Assembly (NCBI RefSeq): GCF_030866765.1
Contig: NZ_CP133017.1
Coordinates: 973,091 to 1,037,090 of the forward strand
Direction: 5' to 3'
DNA from: Paenibacillus silvisoli
GTDB lineage: Bacteria; Bacillota; Bacilli; Paenibacillales; Paenibacillaceae
DNA length: 64,000 nucleotides
This document shows positions 19,869 through 29,606 of this stretch, one piece after another; position 1 is the first letter of the stretch; each line of letters starts with the position of its first letter. The position numbers were made by a program, and so were the translations under genes. Under the pieces are notes generated by a model. That model made no database searches. It was not told the origin of the DNA and saw only the letters and a program-made list of their open reading frames with translations.

Positions 19869-21329
19869 ATGAGCAGCAAGCTGCAAGTACCGGTAAACAA
19901 AAATGAAGAAGTCACCGTCGACATTGTCGGCTTGACGCATGAAGGCGAAGGGGTAGGCCGTGTCGACGGCTTTACCCTTTTTATACAGGGAGCCCTACCC
20001 GGCGAGCGCGTCCGCGCGAAGGTGCTGAAGGTGAAGAAGACGTACGGCTACGCGAAGATGCTGGAATTGGTGGTGGGGAGCCCGGACCGCGTGGAGGCGC
20101 CGTGCGCGATCTATAAGCAGTGCGGCGGCTGCCAGCTGCAGCACTTGGGCTATGAGGCACAGCTGGCGTGGAAGCGGCAGCATGTGGTCGATAATTTGGA
20201 GCGGATCGGGAAGCTGCGAGTTGCGGGGGCGGACGGTGTGGGCGGTGTGCTCGTTCACCCGACGATCGGGATGAACGAGCCTTGGCGCTACCGGAACAAG
20301 GCAGCCGTGCCGATGGGCATGGCCGCTGTGGCGACAGGCGGGGACGGCGACGGCTTGGTGTCGGCCGAGCGCCTGATCGGCGGTTTCTATGCGCGCGGCA
20401 GCCACCGCATTATTGATATGGACGAGTGCATGATTCAGCACTCTTGGAATGATGAAATCGTGGCTCGCGTGAAAGAGATTGGGCGTGAGTTAGGGATTAC
20501 GGCCTACAACGAGGAGACTGGCCGGGGCTTGTTGCGTCATGTTATGACGCGCGTCGGTTTTGTGAGCGGTGATGCAATGATTGTGCTTATCACGAATGGG
20601 GATCGGATTCCACAGGTGGATCGCTGGGTTGAGCGGATTCGTGAAGCGGCGCCGAATGTGAAGAGTATTGTGCAGAATGTGAACAAGCGTAACACCAACG
20701 TCATCTTTGGCGACGAGACCCGTGTGTTGTGGGGCAGCGAGGTCATCTATGATGAGCTTGACGGTATTCGCTTCGCGATTTCGGCGCGTTCGTTCTACCA
20801 GGTGAATCCGGTGCAAACGGTGGAGTTGTACCGCAAAGCGGTGGAGTATGCTGCGCTGACGGGGCGTGAACGGGTTATCGACGCCTACTGTGGCATCGGC
20901 ACGATTTCGCTGTTCTTGGCTCGCCAGGCGGGCCATGTCTACGGTGTCGAGATCGTGCCGGAGGCTATCGAGGACGCCGGGCGCAATGCGGCGCTGAACG
21001 GCATCGAGAACGCCTCCTTTGAAGCCGGCCCGGCTGAAGTCGTTATCCCGCGCTGGCGCAAAGAGGGCATCGTCGCGGATGTAATCGTCGTCGATCCGCC
21101 GCGCAAAGGCTGCGATGAAGCGCTGCTTGAGACGATCCTAGCGATGCGGCCGGAGCGGGTGGTGTATGTGTCGTGTAATCCTTCGACACTAGCCCGCGAT
21201 CTGCGTGTGCTTGAGGACGGCGGCTATCGGACGGTTGAGGTGCAGCCGGTGGATATGTTTCCGCATACGGTGCATGTAGAGTCCGTGGTAATGCTTACCC
21301 AATATGTAACAACCGAAGTTAAAGTATGA
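19869..21329 (+). CDS. rlmD: 23S rRNA (uracil-C5)-methyltransferase RlmCD/RumA family (TRAM, 4Fe-4S, MTase)
   Basis: TRAM N-terminus, Cys cluster [17 protein letters not shown] motif [11 protein letters not shown], catalytic VDPPRKG. Confidence 0.85.
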   Translation: MSSKLQVPVNKNEEVTVDIVGLTHEGEGVGRVDGFTLFIQGALPGERVRAKVLKVKKTYGYAKMLELVVGSPDRVEAPCAIYKQCGGCQLQHLGYEAQLAWKRQHVVDNLERIGKLRVAGADGVGGVLVHPTIGMNEPWRYRNKAAVPMGMAAVATGGDGDGLVSAERLIGGFYARGSHRIIDMDECMIQHSWNDEIVARVKEIGRELGITAYNEETGRGLLRHVMTRVGFVSGDAMIVLITNGDRIPQVDRWVERIREAAPNVKSIVQNVNKRNTNVIFGDETRVLWGSEVIYDELDGIRFAISARSFYQVNPVQTVELYRKAVEYAALTGRERVIDAYCGIGTISLFLARQAGHVYGVEIVPEAIEDAGRNAALNGIENASFEAGPAEVVIPRWRKEGIVADVIVVDPPRKGCDEALLETILAMRPERVVYVSCNPSTLARDLRVLEDGGYRTVEVQPVDMFPHTVHVESVVMLTQYVTTEVKV

Positions 21330-21340
21330 GTAAAGTTATC

Positions 21341-21385
21341 GAACCCGAGTGATTGGAAATGGCGCTCGGGTTCTTATAATTTTGC
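21341..21385 (+). terminator. Rho-independent terminator after rlmCD; marks the left edge of the low-GC island
   Basis: gaacccgag-N15-ctcgggttc followed by TTATAATTTT. Confidence 0.75.
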
Positions 21386-21431
21386 TATCCTTGAGATGTT
21401 CTGAGAAGCAGAATTGATAGTACCTAAAAGT

Positions 21432-21833
21432 TTAAGGAGAGCCTTTGCGAACAAACTGATTTTTAGCCACCAAAATGTCCCTACAGGTTTGTTCTATCAC
21501 TAAATCAAAGTTGGATTTGAGATCATGTTCCCAGACCCTGACTAAAAGCCATTTATTATTAATGTAGTATTGAGTAACTTCCCAATCTCTCTCAATGTTA
21601 CGATTTATTTTTTTATTCCAGTAATCTGAATTCTTTGAAGGCAACTTAAAGTGGGTTTTACATCCATGCCAGAAACATGAATCAATGAAAATGGCGACTT
21701 TGTACTTTTTTATTGCTATATCAGGCTTTCCGTACAATGAAAGAACGTTTTTTCGAAATCTAAAGCCATTTTTCCAAAGGGTCTTTGAGACGGACTGTTC
21801 TAATTTAGTATTTTTACCTCTTATTTTCCCCAT
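21432..21833 (-). CDS. vsr: Very-short-patch-repair (Vsr) T:G mismatch endonuclease, orphan (no adjacent Dcm)
   Basis: 133 aa, colinear with E. coli Vsr: KIRGKNTKLE...PDIAIKKYKVAIFIDSCFWHGC...WNKKINRNIERDWEV...WLLVRVWEHD. AT-rich. Confidence 0.8.
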   Translation of the reverse strand: MGKIRGKNTKLEQSVSKTLWKNGFRFRKNVLSLYGKPDIAIKKYKVAIFIDSCFWHGCKTHFKLPSKNSDYWNKKINRNIERDWEVTQYYINNKWLLVRVWEHDLKSNFDLVIEQTCRDILVAKNQFVRKGSP

Positions 21834-21893
21834 TGCCTTGCTTCTGAGATCATTAGTAGAAATGCTCTACCACGCTCCTCGGAATAATAATTA

Positions 21894-21907
21894 AGAACAT
21901 ATGTTCC
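21894..21907. promoter_or_regulatory. Putative LexA (DinR) binding site / Cheo box
   Basis: AGAACATATGTTCC matches the Bacillus SOS-box consensus CGAACATATGTTCG at 12/14 positions, with a perfect GAAC-N4-GTTC core. Located in the divergent vsr / McrB-like intergenic region. Confidence 0.55.
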
Positions 21908-22062
21908 ATATGTATTGATTTTACTTCTATATCGATTCGAAAACAATATTATCCTTTTCATTAGTGGAGTACGTATCTTTCCCTTCAGAAGGACTTTGAG
22001 CCTACCTTATCGAAATCTAAGACGGGACAAAACTTATTATTTCGATTTGGAGCGAGACGACT

Positions 22063-24801
22063 ATGACACTTCCAGTAGAACTGGCATCTATATTTCACGC
22101 AAAACAAAAATCCTACAAAATGGTCCTGATCCTATCCATTCTGAATGAGTACCAACAGACCAAGCTTCAATTTCTACCGCTCAATGCTGTTGCTGAGCGG
22201 TTTTTGTCTTATTTTCGGAATGCCACAAGAGCTGGTGAGACTGTAGACTTACCACCTCAGAAAGTGACTACTAGTTGGGAGGAACTCACGCTAGCTCGGA
22301 CCAAATCTCTACTGCAAACACCTATCGAGGCGTTGAAGTTTATACTAGATGCAAATGCAGAAACAATAACATTCAAGCCCCACATATGGTCGTTACTACA
22401 TGAACAACATTTAGACGAGCTCAGAGAATATGCAGAGTCTGAGCTAGCGAAGTATAACGAAGAGCTCGCGATGAATTCATCATTTTCTTTGAAAGCTTCG
22501 TTCGACCAAATGCTGAACAATTATTTGGAATACAAGACACAAGGGTTCGGCGGTCATCCTGTGGGCGCCCTAATTAGACAAGAGATTCCTGCATTTCTCC
22601 AGTCTCAGGAGTTTATCGGCCAGGACTACAAGGTGCAAGGCTCCATTGGCCAAGGCAACTGGGTCGGAGTTCCGTGGATCGCGATTTTGGATAAACGACT
22701 AAACGTATCTATTCAGAGCGGTGAATATATCGTCTACCTATTCTCAGAAGATATGAGTGCGGTATATCTGACTTTTGCTCATGGTGTTACCGAGCCGATA
22801 AGAGTCCATAAAAGAAAAGGAGCCTATCCATACTTTAAGCAGAAGTCCGATGAAATGCGGGGTTTCCTGCCTCTCAATAATATGCAAATTGATGAGGAGA
22901 TTCCCGGTCTAGGTGACGACTACCAGGCTGCGATTATCGCATCGATCCGTTACGATCGTAACCAAATACCGGACGATGAGCAGCTGCTCGAGGATCTTCG
23001 AAACGTAGTCGACAATTACAAAATATACGCGGACCAAGTGCTTGAAAAGCAGCACCATGAACAAGTCGAACGGCCTGTATTTACATACACAATCGCTCAT
23101 CTCTATCTGGGTAATGGAATCACTCGTTATTTAGGCCAGAATCAGAATCGCTATGTCTCCTTAGAAGAGCTCGTCTCAAACCAAGCAGTTATGCTAAAGT
23201 CCGGCGATGATGTAAAGAACCCCAAGGAAAGAATCCAGCATATTGGGCGAGCGCTGCAAGAGTTGGGCTTAATAACAATTGAAGATAATGAATATTGCCT
23301 AACTGCGAAGGGAATCGAATACGACCAGGCGCTCGGAAAAGAGACCTGGATGCTAAGCATGGGACAGGTCCATCTCTTAAGGGAGCTTTTCTTATCGAAC
23401 GAACATAATGCACAGGCGACTAGATTAATGAAATGCATCCTGCTAGGGATCTCAATCGCGAAAAAGCTCGGAACATTTAAGCTAGACTCGTTCAAATCGT
23501 TGTTTACTTCCGGAATGGGTATGGACAGCGAATGGGGAAATGTAACGCAGGAGAACCGTGCCCGGTTTATGTTGAACTGGCTGGAGGAATTTGCATACGT
23601 TCGCAAAGAAAAAGATGAGTACGCATTTGTCGAAGGGGAGGAAGAACCAGTGGACGAGCGATCGGTGACGGAGCGGGTTGAATATATTAAAGCGTACATC
23701 GAGAGCAAAGGGTTCCATTTTCCTCAAGACTTAGTCGAGAACTTTTATCTATCGCTGAAGAGTAAACCTTTTGTGATCTTGGCCGGGGTCTCCGGAACGG
23801 GGAAAACCAAATTAGTCAAATTGTTCGCGGAGGCGCTGGGGGCGACTAGTTCGAACGGACAGTTCAATCTTATTCCTGTTCGCCCGGATTGGAGCGATCC
23901 ATCCGATTTGCTGGGATATAAAGATTTAACAGGTGCATTTCGGCCCGGACATCTTGCTGAAGTATTGGTTGAAGCATCAAAGAATAGCAATCGGAACAAA
24001 CCTTATTTCATCTGCTTGGATGAAATGAACCTAGCTAGAGTTGAGCATTACTTCAGTGATCTCCTAAGTGTTATTGAAACTCAGGAAAGGCAAAATGACC
24101 GCATTGTCACGGTGCCGCTTATTCAGAGCAAGGGCCTGCTTGCAGAGGATCAACCAACCTATGGTGGTCTAGCGCTACCGGATAACGTCTATATCGTTGG
24201 CACGGTTAACATGGATGAGACAACGCATCCTTTTAGCAAAAAAGTTCTTGATCGAGCCAATACGATTGAGTTTAACTACATCAATCTTGAACAATTTCCA
24301 ACAAGGTTCTCGACCGAGATTGTACCGTTACGAGTGCCTAACTCTTTTTTACGGAGCGATTATCTTCAGCTCATTGACGCGTTCGACTCTAATCAGGAGC
24401 TGGTAAAGAGAATTACGGCTCGGCTGGTCAAGATGAATGGGATTTTGGAACAGGTTCACTCTCATATCGGTTTCCGGATTAGAGACTCGATTAGTTTCTA
24501 TATGATCTATAACGAGCAATTTGAGTTGCTGAGTGAGGATCAAGCTTTTGATCTGCAACTGTTACAGAAGCTGTTGCCCCGCGTTCAAGGCAGTAGTTCA
24601 TCCGTTAAAAGAGTGCTGCTTCAGCTCCTGCAGGAGGCACTAGGTAGGACGTTACCTATCAATGACTTGATGGATGATGCTTCCGGGCTTAATTCGCCGA
24701 TGCAGTCGAACGATGCAAAATATCCGCTTAGTGCGCGTAAGCTCGCATTTATGCTCCGGAGGTTAGAGGAAGATGGATTCACCTCTTATTGGCTCTCCTA
24801 A
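22063..24801 (+). CDS. McrB-like AAA+ GTPase with N-terminal DUF3578 (MrcB_N-like) domain; Type IV restriction-like subunit
   Basis: 912 aa. DUF3578-like block GNWVGVPWIAILDKR...YIVYLF. AAA_5/McrB motifs: Walker A LAGVSGTGKTKL, PVRPDWSDPSDLLGY, Walker B FICLDEMNLA, TVNMDETTHPFS. Confidence 0.7.
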   Translation: MTLPVELASIFHAKQKSYKMVLILSILNEYQQTKLQFLPLNAVAERFLSYFRNATRAGETVDLPPQKVTTSWEELTLARTKSLLQTPIEALKFILDANAETITFKPHIWSLLHEQHLDELREYAESELAKYNEELAMNSSFSLKASFDQMLNNYLEYKTQGFGGHPVGALIRQEIPAFLQSQEFIGQDYKVQGSIGQGNWVGVPWIAILDKRLNVSIQSGEYIVYLFSEDMSAVYLTFAHGVTEPIRVHKRKGAYPYFKQKSDEMRGFLPLNNMQIDEEIPGLGDDYQAAIIASIRYDRNQIPDDEQLLEDLRNVVDNYKIYADQVLEKQHHEQVERPVFTYTIAHLYLGNGITRYLGQNQNRYVSLEELVSNQAVMLKSGDDVKNPKERIQHIGRALQELGLITIEDNEYCLTAKGIEYDQALGKETWMLSMGQVHLLRELFLSNEHNAQATRLMKCILLGISIAKKLGTFKLDSFKSLFTSGMGMDSEWGNVTQENRARFMLNWLEEFAYVRKEKDEYAFVEGEEEPVDERSVTERVEYIKAYIESKGFHFPQDLVENFYLSLKSKPFVILAGVSGTGKTKLVKLFAEALGATSSNGQFNLIPVRPDWSDPSDLLGYKDLTGAFRPGHLAEVLVEASKNSNRNKPYFICLDEMNLARVEHYFSDLLSVIETQERQNDRIVTVPLIQSKGLLAEDQPTYGGLALPDNVYIVGTVNMDETTHPFSKKVLDRANTIEFNYINLEQFPTRFSTEIVPLRVPNSFLRSDYLQLIDAFDSNQELVKRITARLVKMNGILEQVHSHIGFRIRDSISFYMIYNEQFELLSEDQAFDLQLLQKLLPRVQGSSSSVKRVLLQLLQEALGRTLPINDLMDDASGLNSPMQSNDAKYPLSARKLAFMLRRLEEDGFTSYWLS

Positions 24802-27187
24802 CCGAAGCATCGAGCTGCTTCGCATTGAGTCGAATTTATTCAATCTCTATATACACGGGAAGCCATTTCACCCGACCGTGGATTCGTTGCAGCTTCATCG
24901 AAATGAAGAACGGCAGCTTATTCCTGCTCAGCTTCTGGTTTCTTCTACATCGAGCGTATTAGTGATTGAGAAGCTGTATGTGTTTAACCCGGAAGTTCTG
25001 AAGCTAGTAGATTGGCAGACGGGAGAGGCTGCCTACCCTCTATTTTTCGAAACGCAGTCTTATGAGTTTGTCGTCGAAAAGAAAGAGGATGTGCCGATTG
25101 CGTTCTTCCACGAGAACCTGAATATTCGCCAAGCAGTGAAACCGCTGGGCAGAGGATCGATTCTCTCCGGCGTGCTTAACTTCCAGAATGAAGTAGGGTT
25201 AACCGATCTGGAGCTACGCATGCATGGGAAGACGTTGCTTTCGCTGCAACTTGAAATCTTCCCTGTAAAAATGGACTACAAGCGCGATTATCAGATGATC
25301 TTGAATGATGTGAACCAGCAGATTTATAATCTTTCGTTTGATTTTCTGCGTAAGACCTATAATTTGACCGGGCTTAAAGAGACGAAGAATCAGAGTTTAA
25401 CGGAGTTTTTCTCCATTCTAAAACATGTCTTTAGTCATTTAATTCAGGCCGTGGAACGGATTCAATTTGCGCCACATTCTAAGCATCAGGTTGAAAATCG
25501 AATTGTATCGTCCGGGCAAGTGAGAAAGCCGGGAAAAAAGAATATCCAGTTTCTTAGTAAGCATCCGCACCTTCTAGTGCAGGACAATCATGGGATCGTG
25601 TCTATTCATGGGCAACGCTACAACCCGAGTCATGCGCTAGAGACGAAGCGTTACGTGGACTATGATACGAATGAGAATCGGTTCGTTAGATGGGTTTTAC
25701 AGCGGATCGCGCAGAAGCTTAAAGCGTTGAAACAACGTTTAACCGAGAAAGGGAAGCTTCTTGATCCCCACTTATCCAGGCAACTAACAGATATGCAATC
25801 TCAGATGCAGAGGCTGTTGGGATTGGATTTTCTGCAGGTCAAGGATATGAACAAGCTCTCGATTACGATTGTCCTGCAAATGGCACCGGGGTACCGTGAC
25901 GTGTATCGCAACTATCTCATGCTGATGAAGGGGTTATCTATCCAGAGTGATCTGTTCCATTTGTCCATGAAGGACTTGGCCCAACTATACGAATACTGGT
26001 GCTTCTTGAAAATACACGATCTGCTTAGTCGTAAATACGAGCTACTAAAACAAGATATTATTAAAGTGAATCGAACAGGCATCTTTGTCACGCTAGATAA
26101 GACGCAGAAGGCCAAGGTGGTCTACCGAAATCCTAAGAATGGCGAAGAGTTTACGCTATATTACAACACCTTGCCGCTTGGCGAGAAGACGCATACGGTT
26201 GCTCAGCGGCCGGATAATGTTTTGACGCTCAAGAAGAATGATTCCAAGACTGTGTATAAATATGTTTTCGATGCTAAGTACCGACTAGATCCTGCATACG
26301 AAGGGACGCCATACAGCCGCAATTACAAAATACCGGGACCCGAGGAATCGGATATCAATACAATGCATCGATACCGAGATGCGATTGTGTGCGAGGAAGA
26401 GCGCGGGGACGGAATTGAGCGGAGTATGTTCGGCGCGTTTGTGCTTTTTCCGTACCACGATGAGGAGCAGTATAAAGAGCATCGATTTTATAAAAGCATT
26501 CAGCTAGTGAACGTAGGGGCATTCCCGTTTTTGCCGAATGCGACGAAGTTAATGGAAGCTTTCCTGGATGAGATTATCTCGGATAGTCCAGAGAGGTCCT
26601 ATGAACGGGCAACTCGTCCAAGCGGTACGAAGACCTACTACCAGAATCAATTGAGTGGCCGAAACGTTCTAGTCGGATCGATGCGCAGAGTAGAGCAGTT
26701 AGACGAGGCTTTGAAGCATAGCTTCTATCACGTGCCGCTTGAGAATTTGACGGACCATACTGTACTCTCTCAATTGGAGTATGTAGCACTTTATCAATCT
26801 GTGAAGCAATTCGAATCTCAAGGCAGGGGCTCTGGTATCCAATGGTATGGAAAGATAAAAGACTGGAAGGTGCTCAGAAGGAGCGAAATCTCTGAAATCC
26901 CGGCAAGAGCTGGAACGGAGAACAAGCTCTACGTGAAATTCACCGTGGAGCGTTGGATGAAGCGGGAGAAGTCGATCATACCTGGCGGGCATGGGATTTA
27001 TTCGTTATTGTTGACGTCGATATATATTTTCGATCGAGCGGATGAAGTGGCTGAGTTGAGGCTTGAAACGGAAGAGGATATTCGTCTATGGCGCGAGAAG
27101 CGTCGACAAGGGCGTTTGAAGGTAGAGCTCGATCATGAGCAGGCTGATTTGGCTAGCAAGGTTGAAGCCATAACAGATGTAGAATAG
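24773..27187 (+). CDS. McrC-like partner (DUF2357-like N-terminal region, PD-(D/E)xK nuclease core, extra C-terminal domain)
   Basis: 804 aa, overlaps the upstream gene by 29 nt. McrC-like motifs DYDTNENRFVRWVL and YVFDAKYRLD (D...EXK-type core). Confidence 0.6.
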   Translation: MDSPLIGSPNRSIELLRIESNLFNLYIHGKPFHPTVDSLQLHRNEERQLIPAQLLVSSTSSVLVIEKLYVFNPEVLKLVDWQTGEAAYPLFFETQSYEFVVEKKEDVPIAFFHENLNIRQAVKPLGRGSILSGVLNFQNEVGLTDLELRMHGKTLLSLQLEIFPVKMDYKRDYQMILNDVNQQIYNLSFDFLRKTYNLTGLKETKNQSLTEFFSILKHVFSHLIQAVERIQFAPHSKHQVENRIVSSGQVRKPGKKNIQFLSKHPHLLVQDNHGIVSIHGQRYNPSHALETKRYVDYDTNENRFVRWVLQRIAQKLKALKQRLTEKGKLLDPHLSRQLTDMQSQMQRLLGLDFLQVKDMNKLSITIVLQMAPGYRDVYRNYLMLMKGLSIQSDLFHLSMKDLAQLYEYWCFLKIHDLLSRKYELLKQDIIKVNRTGIFVTLDKTQKAKVVYRNPKNGEEFTLYYNTLPLGEKTHTVAQRPDNVLTLKKNDSKTVYKYVFDAKYRLDPAYEGTPYSRNYKIPGPEESDINTMHRYRDAIVCEEERGDGIERSMFGAFVLFPYHDEEQYKEHRFYKSIQLVNVGAFPFLPNATKLMEAFLDEIISDSPERSYERATRPSGTKTYYQNQLSGRNVLVGSMRRVEQLDEALKHSFYHVPLENLTDHTVLSQLEYVALYQSVKQFESQGRGSGIQWYGKIKDWKVLRRSEISEIPARAGTENKLYVKFTVERWMKREKSIIPGGHGIYSLLLTSIYIFDRADEVAELRLETEEDIRLWREKRRQGRLKVELDHEQADLASKVEAITDVE

Positions 27188-27200
27188 TAATTACAGTAAT

Positions 27201-27236
27201 CGATGACTCCTGATCAGGGGTCATCTTTTTATTTAT
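27201..27236 (+). terminator. Terminator after the McrC-like gene
   Basis: Palindrome gatgactcctga/tcaggggtcatc followed by TTTTTATTTATT. Confidence 0.7.
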
Positions 27237-27354
27237 TCCGAGGAGCCTCCAATTCTTGCATGTTAGCTTTAGTAATAGTATGGTATTATTTTACTATCGA
27301 TTGGGTAATAAGGCCTTAAAATTAATAAATCTTTTTATGCTAGGGGATAGACTG

Positions 27355-28338
27355 ATGTCATTATTAAATAAACTTTTTGGTCAAAAACGTACAATTCTAA
27401 ATCCAACATTCATAAAAGACTTTACTAAAGAGAATCATCAGCTGGTGGCTCTAAACGAGCTGTATCATAAAGTTGCCGAAGGCGAACAAAAGGATAATAT
27501 CGATAGGGACATTAAGCTCCTAAAGTACGGAATAGATGGAGAGAATAATGTTTATTTCGAATTGAAAAACTCATTCTTACCAATACTCTGTCTTCATGAT
27601 ATTAGACTAGAGTATGAGGATTTCGTTGCTCAACTTGATTTTGTCGTCATTTCGTCCAAATTCATATGCATCCTTGAAACTAAAAAGCTAAGTGGAAACA
27701 TATCGATCGACTCAGACGGTAATTTTACAAGAACTATGAAGAATAAACATGGTAAGGAATTCAAAGAGGGCATCTATAGCCCTGTCACTCAAAATATGAG
27801 ACATGTCGATATACTTAAACATGTACTTTCGAAAGAACTAAAAACCAATAATATGCCGATCATGTCTCTTGTAGTTATGGCTAACCCTAAAACAATAATA
27901 AAGAAATATAAGTGCCCTGCAGAGATTGAAAGAACGCTGATTAAGTATGATCAAATTAAAGCGACGATCGAGAAGTTCCAAGATGATAAGTCGAATCAAT
28001 ACGATCTTCCAGAGAAGGATATGTATGATATAGCTCAAATGCTGATCAGGCTTAATACCCCTATAGAGATGGATTTCAATGCAATGTATCAACTTTCAAG
28101 TGAAACTTCAAAAAGAAAAAGTGAAGAAACGCTTCGAGAAGAGCTGACAGCCTACAGGCTGCAGACTTCAAGAGTGGAACAAATCAAAGCGTACTACATT
28201 TATAATAATGCTGAAATGGAAGAGATGATTGCAAAATACCCTAGAACAGAGAATGAGTTGCTGGAAGTAAAGGGTTTTGGGAAAGTAAAGGTAGAGAAGT
28301 ATGGGAGTGCAATTTTAAACATATTTAATGGGGATTAA
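27355..28338 (+). CDS. NERD-domain nuclease-like protein with C-terminal HRDC-like domain
   Basis: Start moved to the ATG at 27355 (GGGGA RBS). NERD-like core DFVVISSKFICILETKK...YSPVTQNMRHVDIL. C-terminus ELLEVKGFGKVKVEKYGSAIL resembles RecQ-type HRDC/HhH. Confidence 0.6.
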   Translation: MSLLNKLFGQKRTILNPTFIKDFTKENHQLVALNELYHKVAEGEQKDNIDRDIKLLKYGIDGENNVYFELKNSFLPILCLHDIRLEYEDFVAQLDFVVISSKFICILETKKLSGNISIDSDGNFTRTMKNKHGKEFKEGIYSPVTQNMRHVDILKHVLSKELKTNNMPIMSLVVMANPKTIIKKYKCPAEIERTLIKYDQIKATIEKFQDDKSNQYDLPEKDMYDIAQMLIRLNTPIEMDFNAMYQLSSETSKRKSEETLREELTAYRLQTSRVEQIKAYYIYNNAEMEEMIAKYPRTENELLEVKGFGKVKVEKYGSAILNIFNGD

Positions 28339-28402
28339 GCTAATCAAGCTTGCCGCATTTTGCAAGGTGTGAATTGAATTGTTTAACTAGGAGAGGGATG
28401 TT

Positions 28403-28654
28403 ATGTCGCCTAATCGTAATTGGATTCCAGTTACATTTAAAAAAAGTAACCAGCCTTTTAAGGAATTCGAAAGTATTCAAGAATGCTTTAGATATTTAGC
28501 GACTATGAGTGAATTTGTAGGACATAGCAAGAGTGAAATTTATAACATAATTAATGCTGGTATAGATGTAGCAAAGCCCCACGGGGAATTTACGTTCGAA
28601 ACTCCCTATGATGTACAAGCCAGAGCGAATCGCAAAACAAGAAGAGGATACTGA
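28403..28654 (+). CDS. Hypothetical small protein (83 aa)
   Basis: AGGAGAGGG RBS. AT-rich island gene downstream of the NERD gene. No recognisable domain. Confidence 0.4.
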   Translation: MSPNRNWIPVTFKKSNQPFKEFESIQECFRYLATMSEFVGHSKSEIYNIINAGIDVAKPHGEFTFETPYDVQARANRKTRRGY

Positions 28655-28697
28655 GTGAAAAACTAACAAGATATATAGATGAGTATTGAAAAAATTG

Positions 28698-28738
28698 AAG
28701 GGGCGAGCTAATAGCTTAATTAGCTGCGCCCCTCTATA
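28698..28738. terminator. Bidirectional terminator between convergent island genes
   Basis: gaaggggcgagctaat-agc-ttaattagctgcgcccctct. Confidence 0.65.
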
Positions 28739-28778
28739 AATTGACCATGTACCGACAGCAATCTACTTAGTAGAGGAA

Positions 28779-29606
28779 CTATGAAGTTAGCTCCTCATCC
28801 CCCTCCGCACTAACCCCATAACGCTCCAAAGCCTTCGTCGAAGACTCAAGCATCCGCTTTTTCAAATACTCCGCTTCTACCACCCGAACCCGTTTCCCAA
28901 GAAACCGGATCTTGGACAATAAATACTCCGCTTCATCCTTAAGCAGCGAAACGCGGACCAGATAAGTATCGTTCATCGTATCGTACTCCACGTTCTTCTC
29001 GAAGCTGGAGAAGGCGTACAGAATTCGAGACAATTCCTCGTTATACTGACGGACAATTTCAATGACCGCTTCGCTTTTGCGCGATTCAAGCGTTTTTCCG
29101 ATCCGCCCCAGGATGCTCTCGGCCGTTGACGGATCAACCAATTCCGCGTCGACGGAGTGGATCTTTTTCAGCCGGGTGCTCATAAAGGTACGATACCGAG
29201 CGTGGTACCAGAGCAAGTACCATTCTCGCTTGACCATGGAGTACTCCAGTTTATACGGAAGCCCCAATTGCTCCGAATACACCTGCCCGCCCTTAATTTC
29301 GTAGGTGATGCGGATGCCTGCCTTATTCATGATGTGCCGGCGCAAGGGCCGCAGGAGCGGGTGGTAGACCTGCCGTTCCATGGTACGAGCCTTCTCGATC
29401 AAGTGGAGAGAACTATCCGTAACCTCATCCGGCTCAAGGACAGCCCGAAGCTTCTCCAACGTGTCCGGGGTGAAGGCATCTGCCGTGGCGGGATGCTCCA
29501 TCATCGTCTTGAGCCATGCCCGCTCGTGCGAGGTGACCATGAATGTACCGGAATCCTCCAGCCGGGAGATGATCTGGTGATTAAAGATTTTCTCAAACAG
29601 ATGCAT
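28779..29606 (-). CDS. WYL-domain protein (second of a tandem WYL pair)
   Basis: WYL signature KREWYLLWYHARYRTFMSTRL. ATG at 29606 overlaps the end of the upstream WYL gene by 14 nt, consistent with translational coupling. Confidence 0.65.
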   Translation of the reverse strand: MHLFEKIFNHQIISRLEDSGTFMVTSHERAWLKTMMEHPATADAFTPDTLEKLRAVLEPDEVTDSSLHLIEKARTMERQVYHPLLRPLRRHIMNKAGIRITYEIKGGQVYSEQLGLPYKLEYSMVKREWYLLWYHARYRTFMSTRLKKIHSVDAELVDPSTAESILGRIGKTLESRKSEAVIEIVRQYNEELSRILYAFSSFEKNVEYDTMNDTYLVRVSLLKDEAEYLLSKIRFLGKRVRVVEAEYLKKRMLESSTKALERYGVSAEGDEELTS

